A stretch of DNA of 61,405 bases, filler included, from Callorhinchus milii (Eukaryota), in the NCBI RefSeq assembly GCF_018977255.1. It is 2 parts of 2 records of this genome, joined end to end, with 100 filler letters (N's around TTAATTAATTAA, not from the genome) between each part and the next. Parts side by side here need not be neighbours in the genome. Positions count along the whole stretch, not along the records: positions 30,758 to 61,405 come from NW_024705630.1; 1 more part is not named here. The stretch is one strand, 5' to 3'. This document shows, piece by piece, positions 32,634 through 44,700 of this stretch. Position 1 is the stretch's first letter. Each line of letters starts with the position of its first letter. Under the pieces are notes generated by a model, which saw only the letters and a program-made list of their open reading frames with translations, was not told where the DNA came from and made no database searches. The position numbers and the translations under genes were made by a program.

Positions 32634-33968
32634 TGTAGTGATGTCACTGTGTGGTGCCCGGCTTACGAAGCCACGGCGGATAATGTGTTGGCATTACGTG
32701 TAGCCTGCTTACTGGGCATAGTACCAGCCCTAGCGGGGCTTGGGTGAGCGCTGATCAGCGCGGAGGCACCACGTACAGTGTGCGGTGCGGGCCTTCGGTG
32801 AGGGAGCGAGAGGGATTGTCAGCCAGCCAGGGTTACGTTGGGGCATGGTACGCTGGTTGACCTGCCGACACGTGACCAGATGATATTGGAGGGGGGCCAC
32901 CGGTGGACGGGGGCCGTTGGGTGGTCACGTGGTCTAAAGGAGCTCTCGGGAGCCTTTGGGAAAGAACTCGAGAGATCTAGAAGGTGGGCGGGGCGAGGGG
33001 CGGAGCCAGCCCCAGCCCAGGCCGATATAATGGGGGCCCCGTGAGGGGCTCGGGGTTCTTCGGGTTGCTGGTGATGAAGATCCACGTCGGGTAAAAGAAG
33101 CCTCTAGCCACGCGGTCCAGGACCCAGCTTGTGGTCTGGCTGGGACCCAGCTAACCGTGTCGAGTTCTGCCGTAGTGTGGCTAGATGAGCATTCAACACC
33201 CAAGTGTAGGTTGTGTTATGCTGGTAGAACGAAGTGGACCAGCCTACAATAGATGATATCGTCCGTCCGTCCGTCCGATGTCCGATTACGTGTAGCAACA
33301 TCGCCCCCTACTGAAAACACTTGGCATGACCCTACAAAAACCTTTAGACTCTGTGAGGCTTTCCTGGCTAAACAAGTGTAACATTCCCTTATAATTCCCT
33401 CAGATAGCTTTTAATTAAAACTTCCTTGAAATTAAATTAAAAACTCACAGCGCCCTAAAGCCTACAGCTAGGCCTAAAGCCTAGAACTAGGCCTCAAAGT
33501 CTCCCTTCGTATCGTACCCCCGCGTGTATGAAAGGGAGTTAATGTTTAACAATGTTACATTCCCTGATGTTTTAAAATAGAAACATTTACATTTAAAGCT
33601 TTTACATTAATAATTAAAACATTTAAATTATACATTAATAATTAAAACATTTAAATTAAAAATTAACTCACAGCGCCCTAAAGCCTACAGCTAGGCCTAA
33701 AGCCTAGAACTAGGCCTCAAAATCTCCCTTCGGATCGTCCCATTAGGTGTAGCAACATCGCCCCCTACTGCAAACACTTGGCAGGACCCTAGAAAAACCT
33801 TTAGACTCAGTGGGGCTTTCCTGGCTAAACAAGTGTAATAATACATTATGTTTATATTCTTTGGTTATTCGTTCCTACCAGCCCACCCCGCAGGGTCCTG
33901 TTGTTATGTTGAGTTAGTGAAATAAATAGTGTTTGTCCACTGTTGACTTTTCAGTTGGACTCACTACA
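32634..33968 (+). mobile_element. Solo Gypsy-type LTR with a nested repeat insertion (~33250-33860)
   Basis: Perfect inverted termini TGTAGTGA...TCACTACA; 4-bp TSD CATT (32630-32633, 33969-33972); TATAA at ~33026; AATAAA at 33921. Confidence 0.85.
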
Positions 33969-34196
33969 CATTGTTTAAATGCGTGCCTATAAAGGGCACC
34001 ATACTTCAATAGGGATTACCATTGGTACGCTATTTTAATACACACATTGGACAGGAAGGACAAGATCAAAGGGCTCGTATAATGCACATGCATAATGTAC
34101 GTTGACTCATTAATCCCCCCCCAACTTTGCGTAAGAGCGCAGTGTGGTCACCACATCTACACCTCTATATAAGGAATGAAACAGTTAGACTTCACA

Positions 34197-34253
34197 AATC
34201 TGGCTGTCGCCTGATGAAGCTGGTTGTAATTACTGGCGAAACGTAGTCAGATT
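34197..34253 (+). ncRNA. Hammerhead-like motif in a second-family PLE pLTR (~34075-34400)
   Basis: CTGATGA (34211-34217), stem II GCTGGT/ACTGGC, GAAAC GTA; stem I pairs only via AATCTGGC/GTCAGATT with a 6-nt bulge; TATATAA upstream at ~34165. Confidence 0.6.
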
Positions 34254-35784
34254 GCAAATGTTGTGGCTTGGCTCTCCAACACACCGGTGTACTGTACTAG
34301 TGTTCTGTTTACATGACAACCCTTACTAGTTGGCCGTGTCGGGTGGTGGCGGGTTTTAACAACACATTTATATATTTACGCGCTCTAACCCAAAAGAACT
34401 CAAATATTAATAACACAGTCGTTGTAAAATAAACCAAACAAATTAAATTCATTCTGTAAGGCACGTGCAATTTTTATTCTGTGTTTATTTGCAGAACTGC
34501 TATAATACATCAGACAGGAATCATCAAATGGACAGCAGATAATACAGGAGACAAAAGAGTGAACTGGAATATAATGAACCCGAAGGGAAATATCCATGCC
34601 AGGTGACCAGCAGTGGGGTCAGTGGTTGGTTGAGCTGCTTCCAATTTCAGTCTGGCTGGGGGATAACTCGGCCCATCATCCCTTCAGGGTCACTCAAAAT
34701 GAATGACCCCTTTGTGGTGATGTCAACAGTGGTTGTACAATGGAGGGAGTCACCTCTGCCATGGGAACGTGGAATTTCCACCACTGGCTTAGGGTTGTAA
34801 CAGGATATGAGCAATGCCTATTTTAAGCAGGCGATCACTTTAATGAAAAAACAGCCAAAAGAGGCACAAGGTGAATCGACATGAATGGATAAAGACAGTA
34901 GAGTGCAAAAGAAGCCGAGTTGAATGAAAGCAGCCTGAACATAGGCAAACTTGGCTTACATAGTACAACTCGAACATAGACACACTTGTCTTAGAAGACA
35001 TAGTACAGGCTTCATTCCCATAGTATGTCTTGCGTATTACCAAGTTGAAACTCGAACAGCCGCTATAAACTCCAGGATGGAGTGCACGAGGCTATCCCCG
35101 TCGATGAGACCGGTGGTGCAGAGCCCGCGTCTCGCGCTGCCGATCGTGGCTCCACGCTCGGTGCAGCCAGTTCCTGGCTAATCCTGCAGACAGACGGCGG
35201 CGGCTTCACTCGCACTGCGTCCAGCGGCAAAGTCACACGCGTACGCGAGACACGCATTGAACAAGTACAAAAATGCTAATGTGTCCATCTCCGATTCATT
35301 TAGTTCCTATTATTATTATTATCCAAAACGCCAGTATAATACATATTACACAACACTAGGTGCATAATGAAACATTCTAATGAAATTCCATTCTATGTTC
35401 ATGATACGTGTATAAAACCGTGTATGAGAGAATGTTTTATTATTACAAATTCATGGAAATGAAATGATATTCCATCTTTTAGGCTCATGCGATCCACCAA
35501 AGCTCACTTCCAAAGTTATGGTTTACAGGCATGCATAGCCACCACCACCACCCGGCGAATATTGGATGCTCTTTCTCTTGTGGTGTCTATCATTAGGCCA
35601 GGCGTTAGATTGCTCAGCAGGGCCACCTGGAACCTGCCCCTCCTGGTGCCAGCCCAGCAGCTGGCATCACACGAAAGCTTTCACAGCCACTCGTAATCCT
35701 ATTGTGCTGTTTCTCTTTGAAGATTTTGCCACGAACTACTGCAGGCACCATCAATATTATCAAAATAAAAAAGACGAGCATTAC

Positions 35785-35826
35785 CTTTTTTCCTTCGTAC
35801 TCCTCCTCCTCCAGAGCTCCCTTTTC
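35785..35826 (-). CDS. DNAI2: Probable short penultimate DNAI2 exon (EKGALEEEEYEGKK)
   Basis: TTTTTGTGCAG acceptor, AAG|GTAATG donor, 42 bp, phase 0 matching the previous exon, acidic tail. A possible last exon CAG|GAT TAG lies at 35183-35178. Confidence 0.5.
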
Positions 35827-36489
35827 CTGCACAAAAACAACATTGGATGTTCTCATTCCAAGAGTTTACGTAAACAATAAATCAATAAAAGCCCCTGGCA
35901 AGTAACAATCTGTAAGTTTTCCATGAATTGCGCTGCAGTGGACGGCATTACTGGGGTTATGATTTTTGAACACTTGTAAGTTTAAAAATAACAGTCAACG
36001 TGATTTCCTGCTCAAATGACAATCGCGGCGGTGCTCGTTTCAGCCCTGACCCAGTAGTGGAACTTCTTTCCTTTGGTGGGGGTGCATCTATCCATACTAC
36101 CACCACTGTTGACTTTTCCAAAGAGTGCAAGCTGGACCAGTTACACGCTCCCATTGCGAGCTGCCTGCTTCTAGTGCTAGGCCACCTGACCAGGTTATCA
36201 AACTGACAAAAGCCACAATCAATGTTCAGTCATAATTAGAGTAAAAGCTGAAACGTTATTGCTGCTGTAACTGTGTTCACAACATACCAGCAAGAGCATT
36301 AACATTTAATATTTTACTGGTTAACAATTATATATCAACATTTGCATATCCACATGTGCAAAGCAGCTACTTTTGAAGGCTGATATGCATTTCCACATGG
36401 GTTATTCAACAGACTCTTTCGCCAAAAAGTTAATGGCTCCTGCCAAATAATAACTTGAATCCTAACGTTAACACAGAAACATGGGCGGC

Positions 36490-36630
36490 AGAGCGGCGGC
36501 GCTGTGGTAACACTCCTTCCTCGCAGTAAGACGTCCCTGGGTTCAATTCCCGACACAGACGTCGTTCTGTGTGGAGATTTACCATTCTCCCCCTGTTCTG
36601 CATGAGTTTCCTGTGTGTTGTCCGGTTTCA
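36490..36630 (+). mobile_element. V-domain SINE in a DNAI2 intron
   Basis: B-box-like GGTTCAATTCC followed by TGTGTGGAGATTTACCATTCTCCCC...CATGAGTTTCC. Confidence 0.65.
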
Positions 36631-36799
36631 GAACACAACAACTCAACGCACAAAGGCACTGGAAGCAGTAACCGAATCTGAGCGCTTCTTGCTGCCAGGC
36701 ACGAGCGTTACCACCGTGGAACACTGCCGTCACTAAAAGAGCCCTTCATGCCAAACACGGCAGCATGGCTGGTGGGGAGGCCAGAGGCTTTGCCGGTAC

Positions 36800-37036
36800 C
36801 TGCTCGTCGTCGCCGTGCCGGCGGCTCTCCTTAGCCGCGTGGCGGCTGCGCTCCTCCTCGATCGCCTGGTAGAAGTCGCGCTCGGCCCGCGCCACCAGGT
36901 CGTGGCGAGACTCCTCGGCCTGGCTCTCGCGCCCTTCCTCGTCACGTCCCTGCTCCGAGCGGCCCCTCTCCTTCAAACGCATCTCCCGGTGTCGCGCCTC
37001 CAGGATCTTCTCTCGCTTTGTCTCCCGCTCGAACAT
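36800..37036 (-). CDS. DNAI2: Dynein axonemal intermediate chain 2, C-terminal coiled-coil exon
   Basis: [23 protein letters not shown] matches the vertebrate DNAI2 sequence as I recall it; AG/GT boundaries, 237 bp. Confidence 0.9.
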
Positions 37037-37463
37037 CTCGGCGTTGGAAGGCAGGCGGAAAAGGTGGCGTTAAAACACCATGCTCTACTTCAAACTTCCC
37101 CTTTCAAAAATGACACTTTGTCGACAGAATAATGGCTGCTTTTTTTTCAGTGGTACCCTACAAATCTGTATTCAGTAGGGGTCGATCCATTGTAGGACCC
37201 CACCTAAACCCAGAGTGTGGGAGACTAAGAGCAGATGTCTGAGGTGCCAGCTGTGCAACTTTTGCAGAATCTGACGCAAGGAGGCCTTGTAACTTGAGCA
37301 GCATTGGCCGCGACAATCTATTTATCTGACGGACCTTGTAACATGCCATTAGTTCAGGTAAATCGCACGCAAATACTAAAGTGACTTTTCTGTGAAGACG
37401 GCTCCGAATGAAAGGAGGTCAAGGGTATCCCCAAACTGTAACGGAGGATGTGGCCTCACTTAC

Positions 37464-37610
37464 TGCAGTGATGAGAGCCTTCTCATTGCGCTGCAGTGAC
37501 GAGAGACCGGAGGAGAGCTCCAGGAGCGTCGCTGTGCCGTTCTGGGACCCACATGCCAAAAACCGCCCATTGTCCTGAATCCGCAGGCTGTGCAGGGGCT
37601 CGTCGCTCAC
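37464..37610 (-). CDS. DNAI2: Dynein axonemal intermediate chain 2, last WD40 exon
   Basis: [52 protein letters not shown] acceptor and GTAAGT donor; 147 bp, in phase with the next exon. Confidence 0.9.
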
Positions 37611-38233
37611 CTAGACACATAACGCAGGCAATGCCATTCCAAGGATGTACCTTTCCATGCTTCTTTGCACACTTTCCATTTCTGTCATTTTATTTGACAA
37701 TGTCCAAGTTTTTGGTACGTGTTAAATACCATTAACATGGACTGCTTAAATACGTTCTTCTTTGGGCACGTGGGTACGTTATCCAATGTTAACCCAGTCA
37801 CGGGAGCATGTCCGTGAACACAGACAGGCGGTGATGTGGCACAGTGACCGTGGACGAGCGTATCACATCCCACTGCGAGTGAAGCACCATGAGGCGCTGC
37901 ATGCGGGTGGCGCCAGCTGCTGAAGGAGCAGGGGCAGCCCGCCTGGAGTCCGGCAGCGCTCCGGAGGCAGCAGCAGCAGCAGTGGGGATTGGTGGATCAC
38001 ACACAGATGTTGTCAAACCCCCTTCTTACCGGTGGCCGTTGAGAAAGAGCTGTACCCTGGCTCACCAGGAGAAGCGGCACAGCAAAGTGCGGACTAATAT
38101 CATCATTCAACCTATAAGGGATAGAGTGTTTACCCCTTGCACACTGTGGGTTTTCCTGAATTATCTGATTTCCTCCCATTCATATGAACACTCATTAATC
38201 GGCTGGAAACATATTCATCTATATGCATTTAAC

Positions 38234-38533
38234 GGCAGCAGTTTCTTTGGGGAAACTAAGGGACATGTCTCGGACCGTGTTCGTGAGCATAAGGCAGATT
38301 TGAAACACGGTAGGACCAATACTTCTGCCGTGGCTGATCATTGTTTTAATGCGGCTGGCTCACACGAAATTGATTTCTCTAAGACGATGGAACTTTGCAA
38401 GCCTACTGGCTATCAACAAAGATTCGTTCATGAAGCCATCCATATATACAGACACAGAGACAATTTCAACCGAGAGGAAGGTTATAGACTCAGCAATCAT
38501 TCGAAAGATGTCATCAACCACTTTTGGTCATGA
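38234..38533 (+). pseudogene. 5'-truncated Penelope GIY-YIG C-terminal fragment, a close relative of the intact array
   Basis: GETKGHVSDRVREHKADLKHGRTNTSAVADHC...EAIHIYRHRDNFNREEG...KDVINHF. Confidence 0.9.
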
Positions 38534-38762
38534 CTTGATTTGTGTTTTCTTGTCATCCTCCACCGTCAGCAGTGTGGGTGTGTGGAGCGAGGTGCAATGC
38601 TTTGATTAGTGTAGACCTACTGCCGGTGTCAGAGCTTTCTCCGACATTAACATAAGCTGCCCCACCCATCTCTAAACCTTTATAAACAGCTCTTTGATTG
38701 GTGTAGACATACTGTAGGTGTCGAGCTTTATTCTACATTAACATTAGCTGCCCCACCCATCT

Positions 38763-38792
38763 NNNNNNNNNNNNNNNNNNNNNNNNNNNNNN
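38763..38792. other. Assembly gap (30 N)
   Basis: Run of N. Confidence 0.99.
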
Positions 38793-41700
38793 CAAGTCCT
38801 GCAGGGCTGCCCCAGAGAAACTTACAGACGGCGTGCAGGGCGTTAGTCGGGTCTTTGACAGAGGTCACATTGCCGGTACTCCTCGCTGCCCGACATAGGC
38901 TACCTCAGCTTTGATGGGTGAATAGACCTTGACTTCTTTGCCTGAAGTCGCCCGTGCTAGTGATTGTGTCGACCGAGCGAGTGCAGAATCTTAATGAAGG
39001 CTGATCGAGTTTAAAGTGGTTCCCCAGTATCTATGTATGGTGATCCGGAGGAAGGCTGAACAGAATATCACGCAGCGGGTCGTCGAATGCAGACAGATAC
39101 GGCGTCTTTGCGGTATAAACAGGCGACACGTTGGAAGAAACGGAATTGAGAACAAGCAGTCCACTTTCGTCGCTACCGGATGAACATACAATAACAGCTT
39201 AAAACGGATAGGATGAGCAGGACGAGTCGATCGTCAGTATGTTTACGCCTTTACCGAGGAGACATGGTCCAATACCTCAATGCCAGTTTCGGCATCTCGC
39301 ACAGACGGCAAAGCTTCCGAGACCAAAGGAAGGAGTCACACCTATCTATGTAATCGCCGTAAATTGTCCTCGGAAATAGCCCGGGGATCAGCACGCATTC
39401 CGCTAGGGAGGCCCCGCTTGAGTGCGCCAGACCCGTGTACTATTTCTGTGCTTCGGTTACAGGGGGCTGTATCATTACCGCGTCTATAACGTGCTTACGT
39501 CGCCGCCGACACGAGTCCACGTTCTATAGCCGGATATAATTTGGGTTTATCTACTATATTCAGGCATCTACGGAGTCGCACGCACCGAGCGGATTAAGTT
39601 CCGGTTGAGATATCCAAGATTCTCCTCTGTATGGTGTACAGAGTAGATCCGACGTTCGAGAAACAGGGATAGCCGGGAAACCATTTCGAACAACACCAGG
39701 CCAGTGAATGTTAGCACAATCAGAGTCTGTAACTTCCTCGCAGACGCGGTTGCGGATTATAACATGTTCCATTGTGGTGTTATGCTACTGCACGAGCTGG
39801 CCAACGCCTGATCGCTTGTGCTCAACATGACCACAGACCGCAGCATGATTAGGGTCTACTGGAGACGCGATGTTGGTGGAGAGACCGGCGCGGACATTAA
39901 TGTCGCACGGATAAGCCGGCGGTGTATATATGAACTTATGGGGATCTCCACTGGCGTCGAATGATGAATAGGATCGGTGGGCTTCCGTCAAGCCATCGAA
40001 CGCAGATCGGTTCGCGGACTTGTGCAGCGCCAAGAAATGCGACAAAGACCCTATCATTTAAAGTGGCAGACATACCCGCCCAGCACACACCATTGCGTTA
40101 AGGCCCTCACATATGATTTTATGGAGAGTCTATTTGTGACCTAGCAGACAGCTGCCACGATATCAGGGATTCTTTAGCTATCGCATCAATGTGTTGAGCG
40201 CTTAATTTCTAGGCCTACTTTCGAAGGCAGAACGCTTCGGATGAGCGCGAGCGACCTGAATGACTAAGCCAGAAATACGCTATTGCGGGGAATGCATCAC
40301 GACTCATATAAGGATGTCTCTTTCAGACGGGTTGCAGACCTGCGGAGCAAGTATTTAATAACACGCCGAGAGTCCCATGTCTTACCCGAGTCATCGCCTA
40401 TCTCTTTTTCCGCGAATCGGTACAATGCACTTCACGCCCTCGCCTGGCAACATTGACCTTGAGTATGGATGCTTACAATCAGTCCGGGCAGGCAATCTAG
40501 ACGAAAGAATAAGAAGACGATAATGCGCTTATGCTGCTCTTGGCCCCGTATCTGCATAAGGTTGAAAGGGGGTGTTTTGTGTCGGCCAGACTCGCAACTT
40601 AATGACTCCGTATTGGAGTTCTGCCAGTATATGCAGTTCTATCAGAACCGCCATTGCAAGATCCGTCTGAGTGGAATATGTGCTTACCCAAAGACTTAAA
40701 CAGTCGTTACTGGTCGGCCGGATCGCTGTATAAATGCAGGGCTCGCGCATTACCCGGGGCTAATAATGCATCGATAGCGCGAATCAAGGTTACGGCTGAC
40801 GGTTAGCATCGCTCGGCGTATCAGATGCTCCGGTTTTCCTAGCCAGACTAAGGAACTCGAGAGAACTTAAACTATTGACCTTCATTTCCCGGGACATTGC
40901 GGGGGATCGGCCCACAACGATGCGAAGGGTTGTTATTTATAGCAACTTTTTTCAACCCATGCACATACGTTAAAAGGTGACTCGTTACGAGCGCTCTAAG
41001 AATGCTATTTTGACGACAAACGGGTCAGAGTCAGCACATCGAGAAAATAAGTCACCAGCAGACTTCGATTTGTTCCATGGTTTACAACGGGTGTGTATGT
41101 TGGCTTTGCGAGACATTTGAATGTGCTAAACCAAATGGTTCTAAGCATGTACGCGAGGTAGGGATGTGGATTGTGATACTCTGGTATTGAAAAAGATAAG
41201 TTCTCAAACTCACAACAGCCCCCCTTGCCACGTCCAATTTTTGGCTTGTTATGCTTTATCGGTGGTCGTGAGTTACAATATAAAAAGCTATGATTTCGAC
41301 TATCTTTACATGTAACAGGTCCCGGGCGTGGATACGCCTAGCGGTCGCGGTTAAAGACGTGTGACCATTCCAGACCAGGAAGAAAAGTGTGAAGTCTTCA
41401 CAAAGGTTCCTGGTACACGATTTTAACTAACTGTGATGGACCAATACACACACAAGTGGCGCACAGGAAAAAAAGGGCAGTGCAATGGAACAGAAGGGGA
41501 GCAACGGTACTGGTCGGTGTTCAGTATTGAAAATCATATATTGAAAGTGTGGCACGATCTGTCTTCGAGACAACAAGCGATGAGCAAGCGCTCATTAGTC
41601 TCAGCCGGTGCGTTGAGTACGTAATCGAAGCGTATACGCCTTCACCGAGGCCCCAGCCTACCGAGACTAGGGGCCCCGAACACGGTTTCAAATAAGGCAG

Positions 41701-44700
41701 CGTAATAGAGAGCTTAGCTTCTGAATCGAACCGTCCGTCCTGGCACACGGACCGCGGGCTGTGTACCACGGAGCCCAATGCATGTTCCGTCGAAGTCGAG
41801 GAACGGGGATTATAAACTTAGTTAACAACGGTATCAGGAGACCTCCAATCGCCGCTCATCGGCCACAGTTGTGTGTGTTGATAAACCGGTACTGGTTGAG
41901 TGAATCACAGGTAGTCTATGTACTGCAACTGTCTGCCAACTGCAGCATGGCGGTACCTGAAAGTAATTTATGTGCACAGTCTCAGGCCCCCTACTGGATG
42001 TCTATTGCAGGTGCTACTAGAGCGTCAGAAAAGATAGCTCAAAGGACAATAGTATGTGGGCGCCCTTATGTCAAATCAGCGATACCCGGACGAAAACGTA
42101 GGTATACATCGAGAATTACTACGAACGCTAATCAACAACAACTCGTGGCGAAATATGCATTCCATCCGCAAGCGACCAATTTTAAATTTTCTGGCCAGTG
42201 AACGCGGTTTACAATAGGCTTACATTTAGAAGCATGTTAAATTACGGAAAAATAGCATAACGTGTGCCCCGGTCAGATGCCCTTATACGCGCGCTTTTGC
42301 TCGATTCGGCCCGGTTTCGTGAGTTCGTTCACCTCAAAACAATCCACGGTCTGGATGCAGATTGGAGCGTACTACGCGACAGGAACAGACCAATTGAGGT
42401 CAGGGATCTCATTTAAGCTTGCCTATCGGACTGTCATATGCTACGAAATTTCTTGATAGTCGAGACAGCATTCGTGATGAAGCCCGCTGCTCTTTGCGCA
42501 CGCGGTCCACACGAGAGTCTGCTCTTTCATAATAGAGGAACTGGTCCTGTGCCAGAGGGTACCGAAGAAAGTTCCTCAGGACGCAGAGGCGGACATGTCA
42601 ACCCTCTTATTGTGCAATACGCGAACCTCGAGTTGTCGTCTTTTATCATCGTTATATAAGCATGTGTATTTTTTATTAATCTGAGGCCCATTAAATATGA
42701 TAGCTACAACTAACCTCTACCTACATGGGTTTCTACTCCGAGGATAGGGAAACGCTACATATGGTCCAGAGTCGCCTAGCCTTTAATCCGGAGATATGAA
42801 GACCTCGTATTCGTGTGCATCGCAGTGGTCATAACAACTTTTGCTTGGGCGACGTACCAGTGGTGTGACACCCATTGGGCCCCTTCGACTCGGTGCAGTC
42901 TTAGTGCTTGAACAATTAGTCGCTCAATTGGGTTTAGGTAATTGGTGCGCGGCAAGACAATATTGCAAGATCCCTAACTGACAAACTGCAGAACATGGGC
43001 GCTGATAGGGCTTTAGACCAGTACTTCCTATGTTTACTACGGTAAGATAACCGCAATTATTGAGATGTTAGCTGGGATGGATGGAGTTACTCTCGTCGGC
43101 TCCAAGCGTATAGATTCAGATTAACGGCTTCTACGGACTGCAAATATCAGTATCATTGGTCGAGCAGAATTACACATTATTCGGGCGTTTCATTAGTTAT
43201 TCCTAGCCAGCAGAAGCCTCACCCTGTGATACAGAAAGTGACCTTGACAAGCCGGGCGAAAAGCAAGTGGTGACGGACATATCTGTTCCAAAAGCACTTC
43301 TCTGTCGTCAAGTCCGTATAATACAATGCGAAGAGATAGCTTCGGGGCACGGCTTTAACAGACGCTCCAGCGTGGAAAGTTCCCGAGCGCTAACGTCCAC
43401 CCTGCCACCGGGCCTACCGGAGTGAGGTTTCAGGGCTGTCTCTGTCCAAACGAGACTTGTCATCTTAGCGGAAGCTTGACAGGGAAACACCAGTCTCTCC
43501 CAGCGAGTTTTTCGAAAGCTCAGTCATAGCAACTAGTTGTCGTACTGGGGCGAGGCGTACATTTTACGTCGAAGAGGAGATCATCGATACGATAAGGGAA
43601 ATAGCCCCAATCTTCTAAATCGTTCCGTTGACGAATATTTCGAGAAGTCTGCGAAGTCAGTTAACGAAAGGTTAGGTCACCTTTCCCGAACATCGCTTTT
43701 TCTCTACAGAGCTCAGTATATTCAATGTATACCTCGCCTTCGTCATTTCTAAGAGGTGATTACCGCTCCCCTTGTCGTCTAATGATTGGCCAGCTATTTA
43801 CCCGTCCAGCGAAGAGAGGCACGGCTGTGAGGGCTTTGCAAAAACCTCGAGGGGATTTACGTTCACGCTATTCTTCGACACCAGTCTCCTCGGGTTCATA
43901 TCCTACAAATACGATTGACTATTCGCGACCAAGCACCCGCGATGAACCGCAACCTCAAGCCCGCGCACATCGGACATTATGATATCTGCGAAAATTCAAA
44001 GACGGGGCTCTGATCCATATCCGTGGAATGATAAGAGCAGTAACTTGGTACTTCGTGCGCCAGCCATATTCTACACGAGGCCGTGCTAACTTCAACAGAC
44101 GCTCTACTACATTGCGGACTCAAGTAAAGTGTGCCGGTCGTACCGGCTATCCCAGTGCGAAAATAGAATCACCTACTTGAGACGGCGACGACTTGGTTAC
44201 TGCTCGACCCCAATTTACGGGTTCCATGCGTCACTACTCGGAATCGAGACAATCGGGCAACTTTGGGTACGGTGATGGCGACGGTCCCGTCTGTCGTACT
44301 AACGGGTGACGCGAACGTCGACGATATCGTTAAAAAGACCTACGGAATGTCTCAACGAGCTATCCCGCTGAGCCGTCGTGAGATGAGTAACGCAAGTCCA
44401 GGCCAGAGAGCAACTTAGTGCTCACAAGGATGATGTGATTCTGCTGTGGCTATTGCTTCCCCCGACGCTTATCGCTCTTCCAGCTACCACCAATACCGAG
44501 CTCAGGGTTCGGACACGGTGGCCTCCTACAAGACCTGACTGCGCCCTGCTAACACGTAGGGGTACTCAGCAGTACTGATCCGATGAGACGCGTATCATGC
44601 ACGGAACATTCTATACCCAGACTCGCGCCAGGTGCTGATGGAACATGATTCCCGGTAAGAAGTTGGCAGAGTAACGGCAGACTTCAGGTGCGCTCCACAC

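Noticed and set aside
37889..38233. 214-aa ORF as a host-Penelope fusion gene
   Set aside because: The 5' part has no recognisable domain and lies antisense, upstream of the 37464-37610 DNAI2 exon (presumed intron); the GIY-YIG part lacks its first motif. This is most likely a chance open frame.
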